Positions 1-8,764 of a stretch of DNA of 64,000 nt are shown in pieces; positions within the stretch are counted from its first letter, which is position 1, and each line of letters opens with the position of its first letter. The notes beneath the pieces were generated by a model that did no database searches, was not told where the DNA came from, and saw nothing but the letters and a program-made list of their open reading frames with translations. The translations under genes were made by a program, and so were the position numbers. Source of the stretch: Patescibacteria group bacterium UBA661 (GTDB lineage: Bacteria; Patescibacteriota; Minisyncoccia; Phycocordibacterales; UBA918); NCBI GenBank assembly GCA_002299465.1, contig DBNX01000018.1:11987-75986 (forward strand). Reading direction: 5' to 3'.

Positions 1-230
1 TAGAGGTGATTATTGAAGATCCTAAAGAAGTCGCACCAGCACCAAAAGAAGTCATACAACCCCGCACTAGACGCTCGACTAGTTCATTTATAAAACCAAC
101 AATCCCAATGCCACTAGTGGCTGGTGTTGCTACTAGTGCGATAATGACGGAAGCGGAGTACTTGGCAGAATTAGCAAGGTTATTGCGAGAATTACAGCGA
201 TTATTAGAGTTGTATAAAAAAGCATTATGA
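1..230 (+). CDS. C-terminal part of a protein running in from the left edge (Pro/Ser/Thr-rich linker then amphipathic helix)
   Basis: Frame is open from the window start; ends ...LARLLRELQRLLELYKKAL; TGA overlaps the next ATG (ATGA). Confidence 0.6.
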   Translation, partial: EVIIEDPKEVAPAPKEVIQPRTRRSTSSFIKPTIPMPLVAGVATSAIMTEAEYLAELARLLRELQRLLELYKKAL

Positions 231-631
231 AAACCACTGGAATAACAATGATCGTTGTTTTGATTATATCTACAATCATTTTCTTCATTTCTCGGTATGC
301 GGTGTATTTAAATCTTTGTATCCCAGAGGATTACTCTTGCCGTTTGCGTTTCGATACAATCGAAAACCTTTTTCTGTTTGGACCAATTCTGCTAGTTGTT
401 TTGATTCCTATATTTCTTCTCCCCACCCACTACTTCACCGCCTTCTTCCAGTTTGCCCGGTTTGGTCTACCCCTCACCATCGCCGCACTTTTCTACATCA
501 ATCTCACCTACGACAGCGGACTCTTTGGCTTTGGTGCTGGATTAGACCTGCTCCTAATTGGGTTGTGTTATTCACTTTTCATCCTCGGTTCACTCAGCGC
601 TCTTGGCTGGGCGTGGTGGCGGGGCAGGTAA
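227..631 (+). CDS. Small multi-TM membrane protein, paralog 1
   Basis: 134 aa, about 4 hydrophobic segments, ends LGWAWWRGR like paralogs 2 and 3. Confidence 0.8.
   Translation: MKTTGITMIVVLIISTIIFFISRYAVYLNLCIPEDYSCRLRFDTIENLFLFGPILLVVLIPIFLLPTHYFTAFFQFARFGLPLTIAALFYINLTYDSGLFGFGAGLDLLLIGLCYSLFILGSLSALGWAWWRGR
412..622 (+). repeat. 211-bp direct repeat, copy 1 (copy 2 at 1307-1517; last ~55 bp also at 1021-1077)
   Basis: 412-547 identical to 1307-1442; 7 mismatches in the remainder. Confidence 0.95.
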
Positions 632-683
632 TGAATTTTTGTCTTGAGCTGATAAGATTATTAGAGCTGTCTAAAAAAGTGCT

Positions 684-1076
684 ATGAAAAATATTACTTT
701 AGGGTTGGTTGTTGGTATGAGTATGGTGTGGGCGGTGATTTACTTTTCAAGAGATCTCCGAGATTTTTTACGCCCTTTGCTTGGGGGTGAAGGAATTAGT
801 TTGTTGGTAGAAATATCGTTGTTGTTTGTGATTTTCTTGCCAATATTCATAGTAATCGTTTTTCTACCTTCGTATTACTTTAGATATTGGTTTCGATTTG
901 CTCTCATTGGCTTACCGCTCACGCTTGGCGCTATTATTTACCTTAATATCATACATACACCAGGACTTTTTGGTTGGAACTCCATTTTTTACCCACTATT
1001 TTATTTAATTTTTGTCTCTTTTTTCATCCTCGGTTCACTCAGCGCTCTGGGCTGGGCGTGGTGGCGGGGCAGGTAA
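684..1076 (+). CDS. Small multi-TM membrane protein, paralog 2
   Basis: 130 aa; LPSYYF..FRFALIGLPLT and FILGSLSALGWAWWRGR shared with paralog 1. Confidence 0.8.
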   Translation: MKNITLGLVVGMSMVWAVIYFSRDLRDFLRPLLGGEGISLLVEISLLFVIFLPIFIVIVFLPSYYFRYWFRFALIGLPLTLGAIIYLNIIHTPGLFGWNSIFYPLFYLIFVSFFILGSLSALGWAWWRGR

Positions 1077-1112
1077 TGGGGTTTTTAGGATCGGGGCGAT
1101 TATTAGATTTGT

Positions 1113-1526
1113 ATGAAAATTATGTGGAATAAAAAGATAAATTTTATAGGTAGTTTGGCAATAACGTTTACATTGCTGGGTTATGGTATTTATTTGGATG
1201 TACTTGGTGGCTGTGAAAGACACATCGAGTGGTGTGTAGCGAGTTTAGATGTCACTCAGAGTATTTTTTATACAATTATTTTGTACACAATTTTTTCCTT
1301 CATCACATTTCTTCTCCCCACCCACTACTTCACCGCCTTCTTCCAGTTTGCCCGGTTTGGTCTACCCCTCACCATCGCCGCACTTTTCTACATCAATCTC
1401 ACCTACGACAGCGGACTCTTTGGCTTTGGTGCTGGATTAGACTTGCTCCTTATTGGGTTGTGTTACTCACTTTTCATCCTCGGTTCACTCCTTGCTCTGG
1501 GCTGGGCGTGGTGGCGGAATAGATAA
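1113..1526 (+). CDS. Small multi-TM membrane protein, paralog 3
   Basis: 137 aa; C-half nearly identical to paralog 1. Confidence 0.8.
   Translation: MKIMWNKKINFIGSLAITFTLLGYGIYLDVLGGCERHIEWCVASLDVTQSIFYTIILYTIFSFITFLLPTHYFTAFFQFARFGLPLTIAALFYINLTYDSGLFGFGAGLDLLLIGLCYSLFILGSLLALGWAWWRNR
1307..1517 (+). repeat. 211-bp direct repeat, copy 2
   Basis: Offset 895 from 412-622. Confidence 0.95.
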
Positions 1527-1676
1527 CACTGGGTTGTTTTGTACAGAATGTTTGTCTCACTCACTTCTAATACTTCCTAAGACGAACCACTGACATCACA
1601 CCCCGGCATCTTTTCTACAGCCGTCATAAAGCATAAAATAGTGACTCTGTAAGAGAACAGAGTTCGCTACGTCAGT

Positions 1677-1925
1677 ATGTTTGTTATTACGGCTATGTTC
1701 GAAAAAGTTAAACAATTTATCAGCCTGCGCCCGCGCTTTAAGAAGACGGTGGGTTGGGTGTTGGTTGTTGTTGGGGGAATTGCTTTTGTTGTGCCGCTGG
1801 TGCCGGGCTTTCCGCTACTAATCATTGGTGCGCAGTTGGTGGGCCTGCAATTATTGTCAGAACGTTTAAACAAGACCCAGCCCGCTACTGTCACCGTGCC
1901 GGTTTTGGCAGAAAAAAGTGAGTAG
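1677..1925 (+). CDS. Small membrane protein (PGPGW-like hairpin)
   Basis: GWVLVVVGGIAFVVPLVPGFPLLIIG motif. Confidence 0.6.
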   Translation: MFVITAMFEKVKQFISLRPRFKKTVGWVLVVVGGIAFVVPLVPGFPLLIIGAQLVGLQLLSERLNKTQPATVTVPVLAEKSE

Positions 1926-2036
1926 AAATTAGGTGTGGCTGTTCCTGGTCAGTCCTAAAAGTCAGTCACTGAGTCAGTTTAACTTGGTTTGAATGGCAAA
2001 ACGCCGTCATCCAAAATAGGGAGCACGCCATTTTTG

Positions 2037-2065
2037 TTGACTTTTTTCAGATTTTTCGGTATCGT
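2037..2065 (+). promoter_or_regulatory. Sigma70-type promoter for the rpsS-rplE block
   Basis: TTGACT-17nt-TATCGT. Confidence 0.55.
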
Positions 2066-2235
2066 AGCCCCTGTTCCACCTCAAGTGAGTAGTGTCACTC
2101 ACAAAATTGAAAAGAAGCTGAGGAAAAGCATAAAAATAAGCTGGGAACCTCTGTTAAGGACGGCCGTTACCTTTCTTTGCAAGAGGTTCTCACTACGGGC
2201 GCGTAAGCGCTCGATTATACGTAGTTAAATAAAAT

Positions 2236-2577
2236 ATGTCACGATCACTCTATAAAGGACCATACGTAGACGAACGTCTACTCAAGAAGATCGCCGGAAA
2301 AAAACCCGGAGAGGGTGGTGCCATCAAAACCTGGGCACGCGCTAGTGTTATCTCACCGGAAATGGTTGGTTTCACTTTTGGTGTACACAATGGCAAAGAA
2401 CACGTCTCGGTATTAGTGGCGGAAGAAATGGTTGGACATCGTTTGGGAGAGTTTTCACCCACGAAGAAATTCCATCGTCACGGCGGTAAAATGCAGAAAG
2501 AACTCGAACAGAAGAAAAAAGATGCTGAAGTAGCGGCCGCTAAAGCAGCCAAGACGGCAGCGACTAATAAGAAATAG
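2236..2577 (+). CDS. rpsS: 30S ribosomal protein S19
   Basis: [22 protein letters not shown]. Confidence 0.98.
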   Translation: MSRSLYKGPYVDERLLKKIAGKKPGEGGAIKTWARASVISPEMVGFTFGVHNGKEHVSVLVAEEMVGHRLGEFSPTKKFHRHGGKMQKELEQKKKDAEVAAAKAAKTAATNKK

Positions 2578-2595
2578 TCAATCACTGAAATCATT

Positions 2596-2919
2596 ATGAA
2601 AGCACTACTAAAAAATTATCGTCAATCACCGCGTAAAGTCCGGTTGGTGGCAGATGTGATTAGAGGTAAAAAAGTGATTGATGCCCTCAATCTTCTTAAG
2701 TTTGTTGATAAGCGAGCCGCGGGACCATTTGCCAAAGTGGTAGCTTCGGCCTTAGCCAACGCCGTACAGGCCGGTAAAGACCAAAGTCGACTCTTTGTGA
2801 AAAAGGTTGCGGTTGACAAGGGAACCATATTGAAACGTTCGATGCCTCGAGCCCGTGGTTCGGCCTCACGAATTAACAAGCGAAATAGCCACATCTCGGT
2901 TGAGCTTGGCGAAAAATAA
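2596..2919 (+). CDS. rplV: 50S ribosomal protein L22
   Basis: RQSPRKVRLVAD..PRARG..SHI. Confidence 0.98.
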   Translation: MKALLKNYRQSPRKVRLVADVIRGKKVIDALNLLKFVDKRAAGPFAKVVASALANAVQAGKDQSRLFVKKVAVDKGTILKRSMPRARGSASRINKRNSHISVELGEK

Positions 2920-2928
2920 TTATCACCT

Positions 2929-3669
2929 ATGACACACGTTGCACATCCATACGTACAGCGCCTAGGCGTAAATCGAGACTGGAAAAGTCGGTGGTTTACC
3001 ACTGACCCGGTTAAGTTTCGCGAATACCTACGCACTGATGCTGCTATTCGCAAATTCCTTGGAGTTAAGCTAAAGGGCATGTCAATCGACTCGATTGAAA
3101 TTGAACGTAGCCAAAAGGAGTTGCGTCTAATCATCAAGACGGCTCGACCAGGTTTGGTCATCGGTCGGAATGGTGAGGGCGCAGTAAAATTAAAAAAAGA
3201 AATTGATATGCTCCTGCGGACTTCCAAATTGTCCCAGAAGCCAGACGTTAAACTAGACATTGAGGAAGTACGCTCGCCAGAATCAAGCGCTCATATTATG
3301 GGTCAAATGATTGCTGAAGGACTTGAGAAACGCCTCACGTTTAGACGCGTGATGAAGCAAGCGATTGAAAAAATAATGGCTAACCGCGATGTGGAAGGAG
3401 TGCGTATTACGCTATCCGGCAGACTAGGCGGAGCTGATATGGCGCGGCGGGAGGAGCTCAAAAAAGGTCGTATCCCACTACAGACATTGCGAGCAGACAT
3501 TGATTTTGCTCGCGTCACAGCGCGCTTGCCTTATGGGGCTATCGGTATCAAGGTTTGGATTTACCGCGGACAAGTTTTTGCTGACCGCAAGAGTGGCCAA
3601 GCCGAAACCGCGCCACGCACTACCACTCGCACTACTCGCACTACTCGCAATACTCGTACTAATGCCTAA
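2929..3669 (+). CDS. rpsC: 30S ribosomal protein S3
   Basis: RPGLVIG, SGRLGGAD, GRIPLQTLRADID. Confidence 0.98.
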   Translation: MTHVAHPYVQRLGVNRDWKSRWFTTDPVKFREYLRTDAAIRKFLGVKLKGMSIDSIEIERSQKELRLIIKTARPGLVIGRNGEGAVKLKKEIDMLLRTSKLSQKPDVKLDIEEVRSPESSAHIMGQMIAEGLEKRLTFRRVMKQAIEKIMANRDVEGVRITLSGRLGGADMARREELKKGRIPLQTLRADIDFARVTARLPYGAIGIKVWIYRGQVFADRKSGQAETAPRTTTRTTRTTRNTRTNA

Positions 3670-3677
3670 TCATTCAT

Positions 3678-4112
3678 ATGTTATTTCCTAAGAAAGTTAA
3701 GCACCGCAAATGGCAAGTCGGTCGCAAGAGTGAAGCGAAACGAGCGTTACCAGAGACGCGAGGGATTACAGTGGCTTTTGGTTCCTACGGACTTAAAGCA
3801 ACTTCACCGTCAAGAGTTAAGAGCAATCAGATTGAAGCCGCCCGCCGAGTTATCTCTCGTACTTTAGGCAAGACTGGAAAAATCTGGATTCGTATTTTCC
3901 CAGACAAACCAATTACCAAAAAAGCAGCTGAATTGCCGATGGGTAAGGGTAAGGGAGACCCAGATCACTTCGTCTTTGAGGTAAAGCCGGGGCGAGTCAT
4001 CTTTGAGATTGAAGGGGTGAGTGAGGATATTGCCCGCGAAGCATTTCGTAAGGCAACAGCCAAACTACCATTACAAGGTAAGCTCGTGCGTCGTGAAGAC
4101 ACACGTGCCTAA
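3678..4112 (+). CDS. rplP: 50S ribosomal protein L16
   Basis: [23 protein letters not shown]. Confidence 0.98.
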   Translation: MLFPKKVKHRKWQVGRKSEAKRALPETRGITVAFGSYGLKATSPSRVKSNQIEAARRVISRTLGKTGKIWIRIFPDKPITKKAAELPMGKGKGDPDHFVFEVKPGRVIFEIEGVSEDIAREAFRKATAKLPLQGKLVRREDTRA

Positions 4113-4124
4113 GCAAATATCATT

Positions 4125-4325
4125 ATGATCAATATGTCAGACATTCGCAAGAAAACAGACACCGAGCTCGTAGAGTTTGCGCAAAAGGCACGCGAGACTC
4201 TCCGCGGGGAACGGTTTAAGGATAAATTTAGCCGTAAGGCAAATGTGATTACTACTGCAAAAAAGGAAATTGCTCGCACTCTCACGGAGCTTAATACCCG
4301 CTGTCGTAACGCAAAGACTAAATAA
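4125..4325 (+). CDS. rpmC: 50S ribosomal protein L29 (start may be 4134)
   Basis: KKEIARTLTEL; position between rplP and rpsQ. Confidence 0.9.
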   Translation: MINMSDIRKKTDTELVEFAQKARETLRGERFKDKFSRKANVITTAKKEIARTLTELNTRCRNAKTK

Positions 4326-4330
4326 TTGGT

Positions 4331-4591
4331 ATGACAACAGAACAAACAATCGTCGCCAATCGACGCGTCCTCCGCGGTACAGTAGTATCAACGAAAATGA
4401 AGGATACTATCACGGTCGCTGTCGAACGCTACGTAAAGCACCCAAAGTACAAAAAGTATCTGAGACGAACAAAAAAATATCTGGTTCATGACGCTGGCAA
4501 CACTGCCAAAGAAGGTCAACAGGTCGACATTAGAGAAACCCGCCCACTCTCAAAACGCAAACATTTTGAGCTCGTGGCTAACACCAAGTAA
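4331..4591 (+). CDS. rpsQ: 30S ribosomal protein S17
   Basis: GTVVSTKM, HPKYKK, ETRPLSKRK. Confidence 0.98.
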   Translation: MTTEQTIVANRRVLRGTVVSTKMKDTITVAVERYVKHPKYKKYLRRTKKYLVHDAGNTAKEGQQVDIRETRPLSKRKHFELVANTK

Positions 4592-4593
4592 GT

Positions 4594-4965
4594 ATGATTC
4601 AACCACAGTCAATCGTAAAAATTACCGATAATTCAGGCGCTAAGATTGGGCGCGTCTTTAAAGTTCTTGGTGGTTCTAAAAAGCGTTATGCTGAGCTTGG
4701 TGAGATGGTGGTACTTTCGGTACAAACTGCCGAACCAAGAAAAATGGTGAAGAAAAAAGATGTGGTGTACGGTGTGGTGGTGCGACAACGCAAACCTTTT
4801 CGCCGCCAGGATGGTTCGTACGTTAGTTTTGATGACAACGCAGTAGTGTTGATTGACAAAGCTAAGCGCGAGCCGCGAGCGAACCGTGTCTTTGGACCGA
4901 TTCCACGGGAGATTGCTGAGTCTGGTTATCAGAAAATCGTATCACTAGCACCAGAGGTGGTGTAA
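4594..4965 (+). CDS. rplN: 50S ribosomal protein L14
   Basis: MIQ..DNSGAK..FDDNA..SLAPEV. Confidence 0.98.
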   Translation: MIQPQSIVKITDNSGAKIGRVFKVLGGSKKRYAELGEMVVLSVQTAEPRKMVKKKDVVYGVVVRQRKPFRRQDGSYVSFDDNAVVLIDKAKREPRANRVFGPIPREIAESGYQKIVSLAPEVV

Positions 4966-4992
4966 GTATTTCGCTAAATTAAATTAGTTTGT

Positions 4993-5304
4993 ATGAAAAT
5001 TAGAAAAGGTGATACGGTCCAGGTAATGGCTGGCAAAGACAAGAAAAAAGTTGGCACAGTGTTAAGCACTATGCCGAAACTTGGTCTTGTGGTCGTGGCG
5101 GGTGTTAACGTGGTTAAGCGACACAAGAGGAGTCGTCGCACTCGTTCGCAAGGACAAATTATTGAAAAAAGTATGCCTATACAAGTATCAAATGTTTCGC
5201 TTAAGGAAGGAGACAAACCGGTACGGGTCGGGTATATCTTTGAGGGTGAGGGAGAGAAGCGTAAAAAGGTACGCGTCGCTCGCCCGAGTGGTAAGAAAAT
5301 CTAA
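4993..5304 (+). CDS. rplX: 50S ribosomal protein L24
   Basis: KGDTVQVMAGKDK KOW motif. Confidence 0.97.
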   Translation: MKIRKGDTVQVMAGKDKKKVGTVLSTMPKLGLVVVAGVNVVKRHKRSRRTRSQGQIIEKSMPIQVSNVSLKEGDKPVRVGYIFEGEGEKRKKVRVARPSGKKI

Positions 5305-5306
5305 AT

Positions 5307-5840
5307 ATGGAAACAACAAACACTCGCTTAAAGAATGCTTACACTGCTCTCAAGGGAGAGTTCGGTTATAAAAATGTGATGCAAGCCCCCAAGATTGAGA
5401 AAGTGGTGGTTTCGGTTGGTACGGGTCGGGTTCAGGATAAGGCGAAAATCGCACTTATTCAGGATCGTCTGGCGCGAATTACCGGCCAAAAAGCCGCCCC
5501 TCGTCCAGCCAAACAATCAATTGCTTCTTTCAAATTGCGTGAGGGTGACATCATTGGCTACCAGGCAACCTTGCGTGGAAAGCGAATGATTCACTTCCTC
5601 GATAGATTGATTCACTTAGCTTTGCCGCGGACTCGTGACTTCCACGGACTCAAAGTTAGCGCTATTGATGAAATGGGTAATTACACGATTGGCATAAAGG
5701 AAAATACTATTTTTCCAGAGTGCGGCGATGAAGAAATCAAAGACGTTTTTTCGATGGCGGTTACTATTGTGACAACTACTCGTGACAAAAAAGCAGCCGA
5801 AGCTTTGTTGCGACATCTCGGCCTACCGCTGAAGCGTTAG
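5307..5840 (+). CDS. rplE: 50S ribosomal protein L5
   Basis: ITGQK, SIASFKLREG, LPRTRDFHG. Confidence 0.98.
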   Translation: METTNTRLKNAYTALKGEFGYKNVMQAPKIEKVVVSVGTGRVQDKAKIALIQDRLARITGQKAAPRPAKQSIASFKLREGDIIGYQATLRGKRMIHFLDRLIHLALPRTRDFHGLKVSAIDEMGNYTIGIKENTIFPECGDEEIKDVFSMAVTIVTTTRDKKAAEALLRHLGLPLKR

Positions 5841-5873
5841 TTGGTTTTGGTGGAGGAATAAGAGGAGAGCTGT

Positions 5874-5924
5874 TTAAGCAAAAAAGCACCGCGCCCCAAA
5901 GGGGCGCGGTGCTTTTTTGCTTAA
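5874..5924. terminator. Bidirectional intrinsic terminator inside the spc operon
   Basis: Perfect 24-bp inverted repeat ttaagcaaaaaagcaccgcgcccc/ggggcgcggtgcttttttgcttaa. Confidence 0.85.
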
Positions 5925-5966
5925 TTCGGGGGTATGCAATTTAGGTGGGGAGGGATTAAGTTAAGC

Positions 5967-5994
5967 TTGACACTAGGCACTTTTCTGATAATGT
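5967..5994 (+). promoter_or_regulatory. Promoter for the rpsN-secY block
   Basis: TTGACA-16nt-TAATGT directly after the terminator. Confidence 0.55.
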
Positions 5995-6116
5995 TGCGAT
6001 ATGGCTAAGTGGGAGCAATTCTCCGAATTTCCCACTGCCGGTAGCGTTTCGCTATATTAATCGGGAGCAAGTTACGAATTACTACGTAATACTGTTCCAT
6101 AATCAAAATAATTCTC

Positions 6117-6302
6117 GTGGCACGAACATCAATCAAGGTGCGCGCAACGCGCCCACCGAAGTACGCTTGCCGTATCGTTCGACGTTGCAAGCTTTGTGGC
6201 CGCAAGCGAGGTTATATGCGCGATTTTGATATCTGTCGCATTTGCTTCCGCGAGTTGTCACACGAAGGACACATACCAGGCGTTAAGAAATCATCATGGT
6301 AG
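6117..6302 (+). CDS. rpsN: 30S ribosomal protein S14, short zinc-binding form
   Basis: RCKLCGR..CRICFRE..GVKKSSW; GTG start. Confidence 0.97.
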   Translation: MARTSIKVRATRPPKYACRIVRRCKLCGRKRGYMRDFDICRICFRELSHEGHIPGVKKSSW

Positions 6303-6688
6303 GAGACACAATTGGCGATTTCATTATTCGCCTTAAAAATGCTGGAGCAGTGGGTAAGTCAGAAGTACTGATACCCTATTCAAAACTTAAGCACGCGGTC
6401 GCGGACAAACTAGTCGCCGCTGGTTATATTGAAAATGCTCGGCAAGAAGGTAAAAAAGTACAGAAGAATTTGGTGGTGATTTTGAAGTATGAGAATGGGG
6501 CACCAGTCATCAATGGTGTAAAGCGTATCTCAAAACCAGGTCGTCGCCTCTACACAAAGGTCGCAGATATTCACAAAGTTAAATTCGGTCAAGGGCATAT
6601 GATCCTCTCGACACCAGCGGGCATCCTCACCAACGAGGAAGCTAAAGCAAAAAATGTCGGTGGAGAACAGCTTTTTATCATTTGGTAA
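6296..6688 (+). CDS. rpsH: 30S ribosomal protein S8
   Basis: [19 protein letters not shown]. Confidence 0.98.
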   Translation: MVGDTIGDFIIRLKNAGAVGKSEVLIPYSKLKHAVADKLVAAGYIENARQEGKKVQKNLVVILKYENGAPVINGVKRISKPGRRLYTKVADIHKVKFGQGHMILSTPAGILTNEEAKAKNVGGEQLFIIW

Positions 6689-6690
6689 TT

Positions 6691-7224
6691 ATGAGTCGTC
6701 TAGGAAAACAACCAGTTACAATTCCCGCCGGCGTTACAGTAACGTGCGCTGATGGAATTTTAACTGTGACCGGTCCCAAAGGGACACTTACTCGTCCGGT
6801 GCGAACCAAAGATGTGGCTATTGAAGTCGCTGGTGAAACAGTGACAATCGTGCCAGGCAAAACTACTCTAGCACCAGCTTTATGGGGTACTTACGCTGCG
6901 CACTTGCGTAATATGATTAAGGGAGTGACAGTCGGTTTTGAGAAAATACTCGACATTGAAGGAGTCGGTTATCGCGCGGAGATTAAGGGAAACCAAATTG
7001 TTCTTAACGTTGGTTTTTCACACCCAATTGCTCTCGATATTCCCGACGGCGTAACGGCCGTAGTCGAGAAGACCGTTGTTACTCTAAAGAGCGCTGATAA
7101 AGACGTTCTGGGTCAGTTCGCGGCTAACGTACGCAAAGTAAAAGAACCAGAACCCTACAAAGGCAAAGGTATTCGTTACCGCGGTGAGTTCATTATTCGT
7201 AAGCAGGGCAAGAAGGCAGCTTAA
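6691..7224 (+). CDS. rplF: 50S ribosomal protein L6
   Basis: MSRLGKQP, GVGYRA, EPYKGKGIRY. Confidence 0.98.
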   Translation: MSRLGKQPVTIPAGVTVTCADGILTVTGPKGTLTRPVRTKDVAIEVAGETVTIVPGKTTLAPALWGTYAAHLRNMIKGVTVGFEKILDIEGVGYRAEIKGNQIVLNVGFSHPIALDIPDGVTAVVEKTVVTLKSADKDVLGQFAANVRKVKEPEPYKGKGIRYRGEFIIRKQGKKAA

Positions 7225-7246
7225 GGCGCTTCGGTAATAAACTACT

Positions 7247-7594
7247 ATGAACACAGCACACAAAAAATTAAAAAGAGTGACTCGTCATAAGCGGATTCGA
7301 GCCAAGATTGTCGGTACCGCCACTAGGCCAAGACTGGCAGTATTTCGTAGCAATCGTTACGTTTATGCTCAGATTATTGACGATAACGCCAAACACACCT
7401 TGGCAGCCGCTGACTCACGGACTGTCGCCGGAAAAACCTTAACCGAAAAAGCCACTGCTGTGGGGACGGAGATTGCCAGTAAAGCAATCAAGGTAGGAGT
7501 TAAAGAGGTGGTATTTGATCGTGGCGGCTTTCGCTACCAAGGAGCGGTGGCGGCTTTAGCAGAAGCGGCTCGCACCGGCGGTCTTGAGTTTTAG
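7247..7594 (+). CDS. rplR: 50S ribosomal protein L18
   Basis: [20 protein letters not shown]. Confidence 0.98.
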   Translation: MNTAHKKLKRVTRHKRIRAKIVGTATRPRLAVFRSNRYVYAQIIDDNAKHTLAAADSRTVAGKTLTEKATAVGTEIASKAIKVGVKEVVFDRGGFRYQGAVAALAEAARTGGLEF

Positions 7595-7652
7595 AGAATT
7601 ATTAAAAAACAGTTAGATAGCGTTTTTATTGCGTTATCATAATAAAAAAACA

Positions 7653-8294
7653 ATGTCAGAAAAAAAACAGCAGGCAGCTATAACTGACCTAGGGTCAGAA
7701 AATGAAGTGGTGGCAACACCAACTTCAACCGATGCACCGGCTGTTCCCGTTACTGAAGGTGAGGTCGAAGCGACCACACCGCGCGGTCGGCGTGGAGCAG
7801 ATGGCGATCGTCGTAAAGAACGCCGACCCCGTCGCGGTGGTCGTCCCGAACGCGTTCGTCCGGAGTTTGATCAAAAAATAATCAGTATCCGACGAGTGAC
7901 GCGTGTGATGGCAGGGGGACGACGCTTTAGCTTTTCGGTGGCGATCGTTATCGGGGATCGGCGAGGTAAGGTGGGGGTTGGTATTGGTAAGGCTGGAGAC
8001 ACGCAACTGGCGATTGAGAAGGCAGTTCGTAACGCTAAAAAGCATATGATTACAGTGCCACTCAACAAAGACGGGCATATCAAGAACGATGTACACATCA
8101 AATATTCTGCCAGTGAAGTGATGATTATGCCGGCGCCCGGTCGTGGGGTGGTGGCTGGTTCTTCAGTTCGAACCGTCCTTGAACACGCTGGAGTTAAAGA
8201 TGTAACAGCTAAAATCTTTTCTCGAAGTAAGAACAAGCTTAACAATGCACGGGCTGCTGTCGAAGCCCTCAAGCTGCTAAAAAATCATAAATAA
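7653..8294 (+). CDS. rpsE: 30S ribosomal protein S5 with long N-terminal extension
   Basis: RVTRVMAGGRRFSF. Confidence 0.97.
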   Translation: MSEKKQQAAITDLGSENEVVATPTSTDAPAVPVTEGEVEATTPRGRRGADGDRRKERRPRRGGRPERVRPEFDQKIISIRRVTRVMAGGRRFSFSVAIVIGDRRGKVGVGIGKAGDTQLAIEKAVRNAKKHMITVPLNKDGHIKNDVHIKYSASEVMIMPAPGRGVVAGSSVRTVLEHAGVKDVTAKIFSRSKNKLNNARAAVEALKLLKNHK

Positions 8295-8295
8295 T

Positions 8296-8748
8296 ATGCA
8301 GTTACATGAATTAAAACCAACCGCCCCACGTCCAGCAGCTAAGCGGATTGGTCGCGGTGGTAAGCGCGGAAAGACCTCGGGTCGCGGTGGTAAGGGTCAA
8401 ACCGCCCGAACTGGTAATAGTACAAGACCAGAAATGCGTGACTTTATCAAAAAATTACCGAAGCTTCGTGGTCACGGTGTGAATCGAGCGCAGACAGTAA
8501 ACTCGGAAAGAGTTAGACCAGTGGTGGTAAATCTAGCCAAGCTGGAAGAAGTTTTTAAAGCGGGTGATACTGTGTCGCCAAAGACGCTAGTCTTGGCAGG
8601 AGTGGTGGCAACCGTAGCTAAAAGAGCGCCTAAAGTAAAGATTTTGGCCAACGGAGAAATTACCAAGAAATTAAGTATTGAGGGCTGTGAGGTGTCAATG
8701 TCGGCTCGAGTCAAACTAGAGAAGGCTGGCGGAACGATTGCCAAGTAA
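8296..8748 (+). CDS. rplO: 50S ribosomal protein L15
   Basis: RIGRGGKRGKTSGRGGKGQTAR. Confidence 0.98.
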   Translation: MQLHELKPTAPRPAAKRIGRGGKRGKTSGRGGKGQTARTGNSTRPEMRDFIKKLPKLRGHGVNRAQTVNSERVRPVVVNLAKLEEVFKAGDTVSPKTLVLAGVVATVAKRAPKVKILANGEITKKLSIEGCEVSMSARVKLEKAGGTIAK

Positions 8749-8764
8749 GGTACTATAAGTACAT

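Noticed and set aside
412-1517. DGR template/variable repeat pair
   Set aside because: Mismatches are not adenine-specific, both copies are coding, and no reverse transcriptase is present in the window
3618-3660. 9-bp tandem repeat actactcgc
   Set aside because: It only encodes the low-complexity TTR tail of S3; no sign of phase variation
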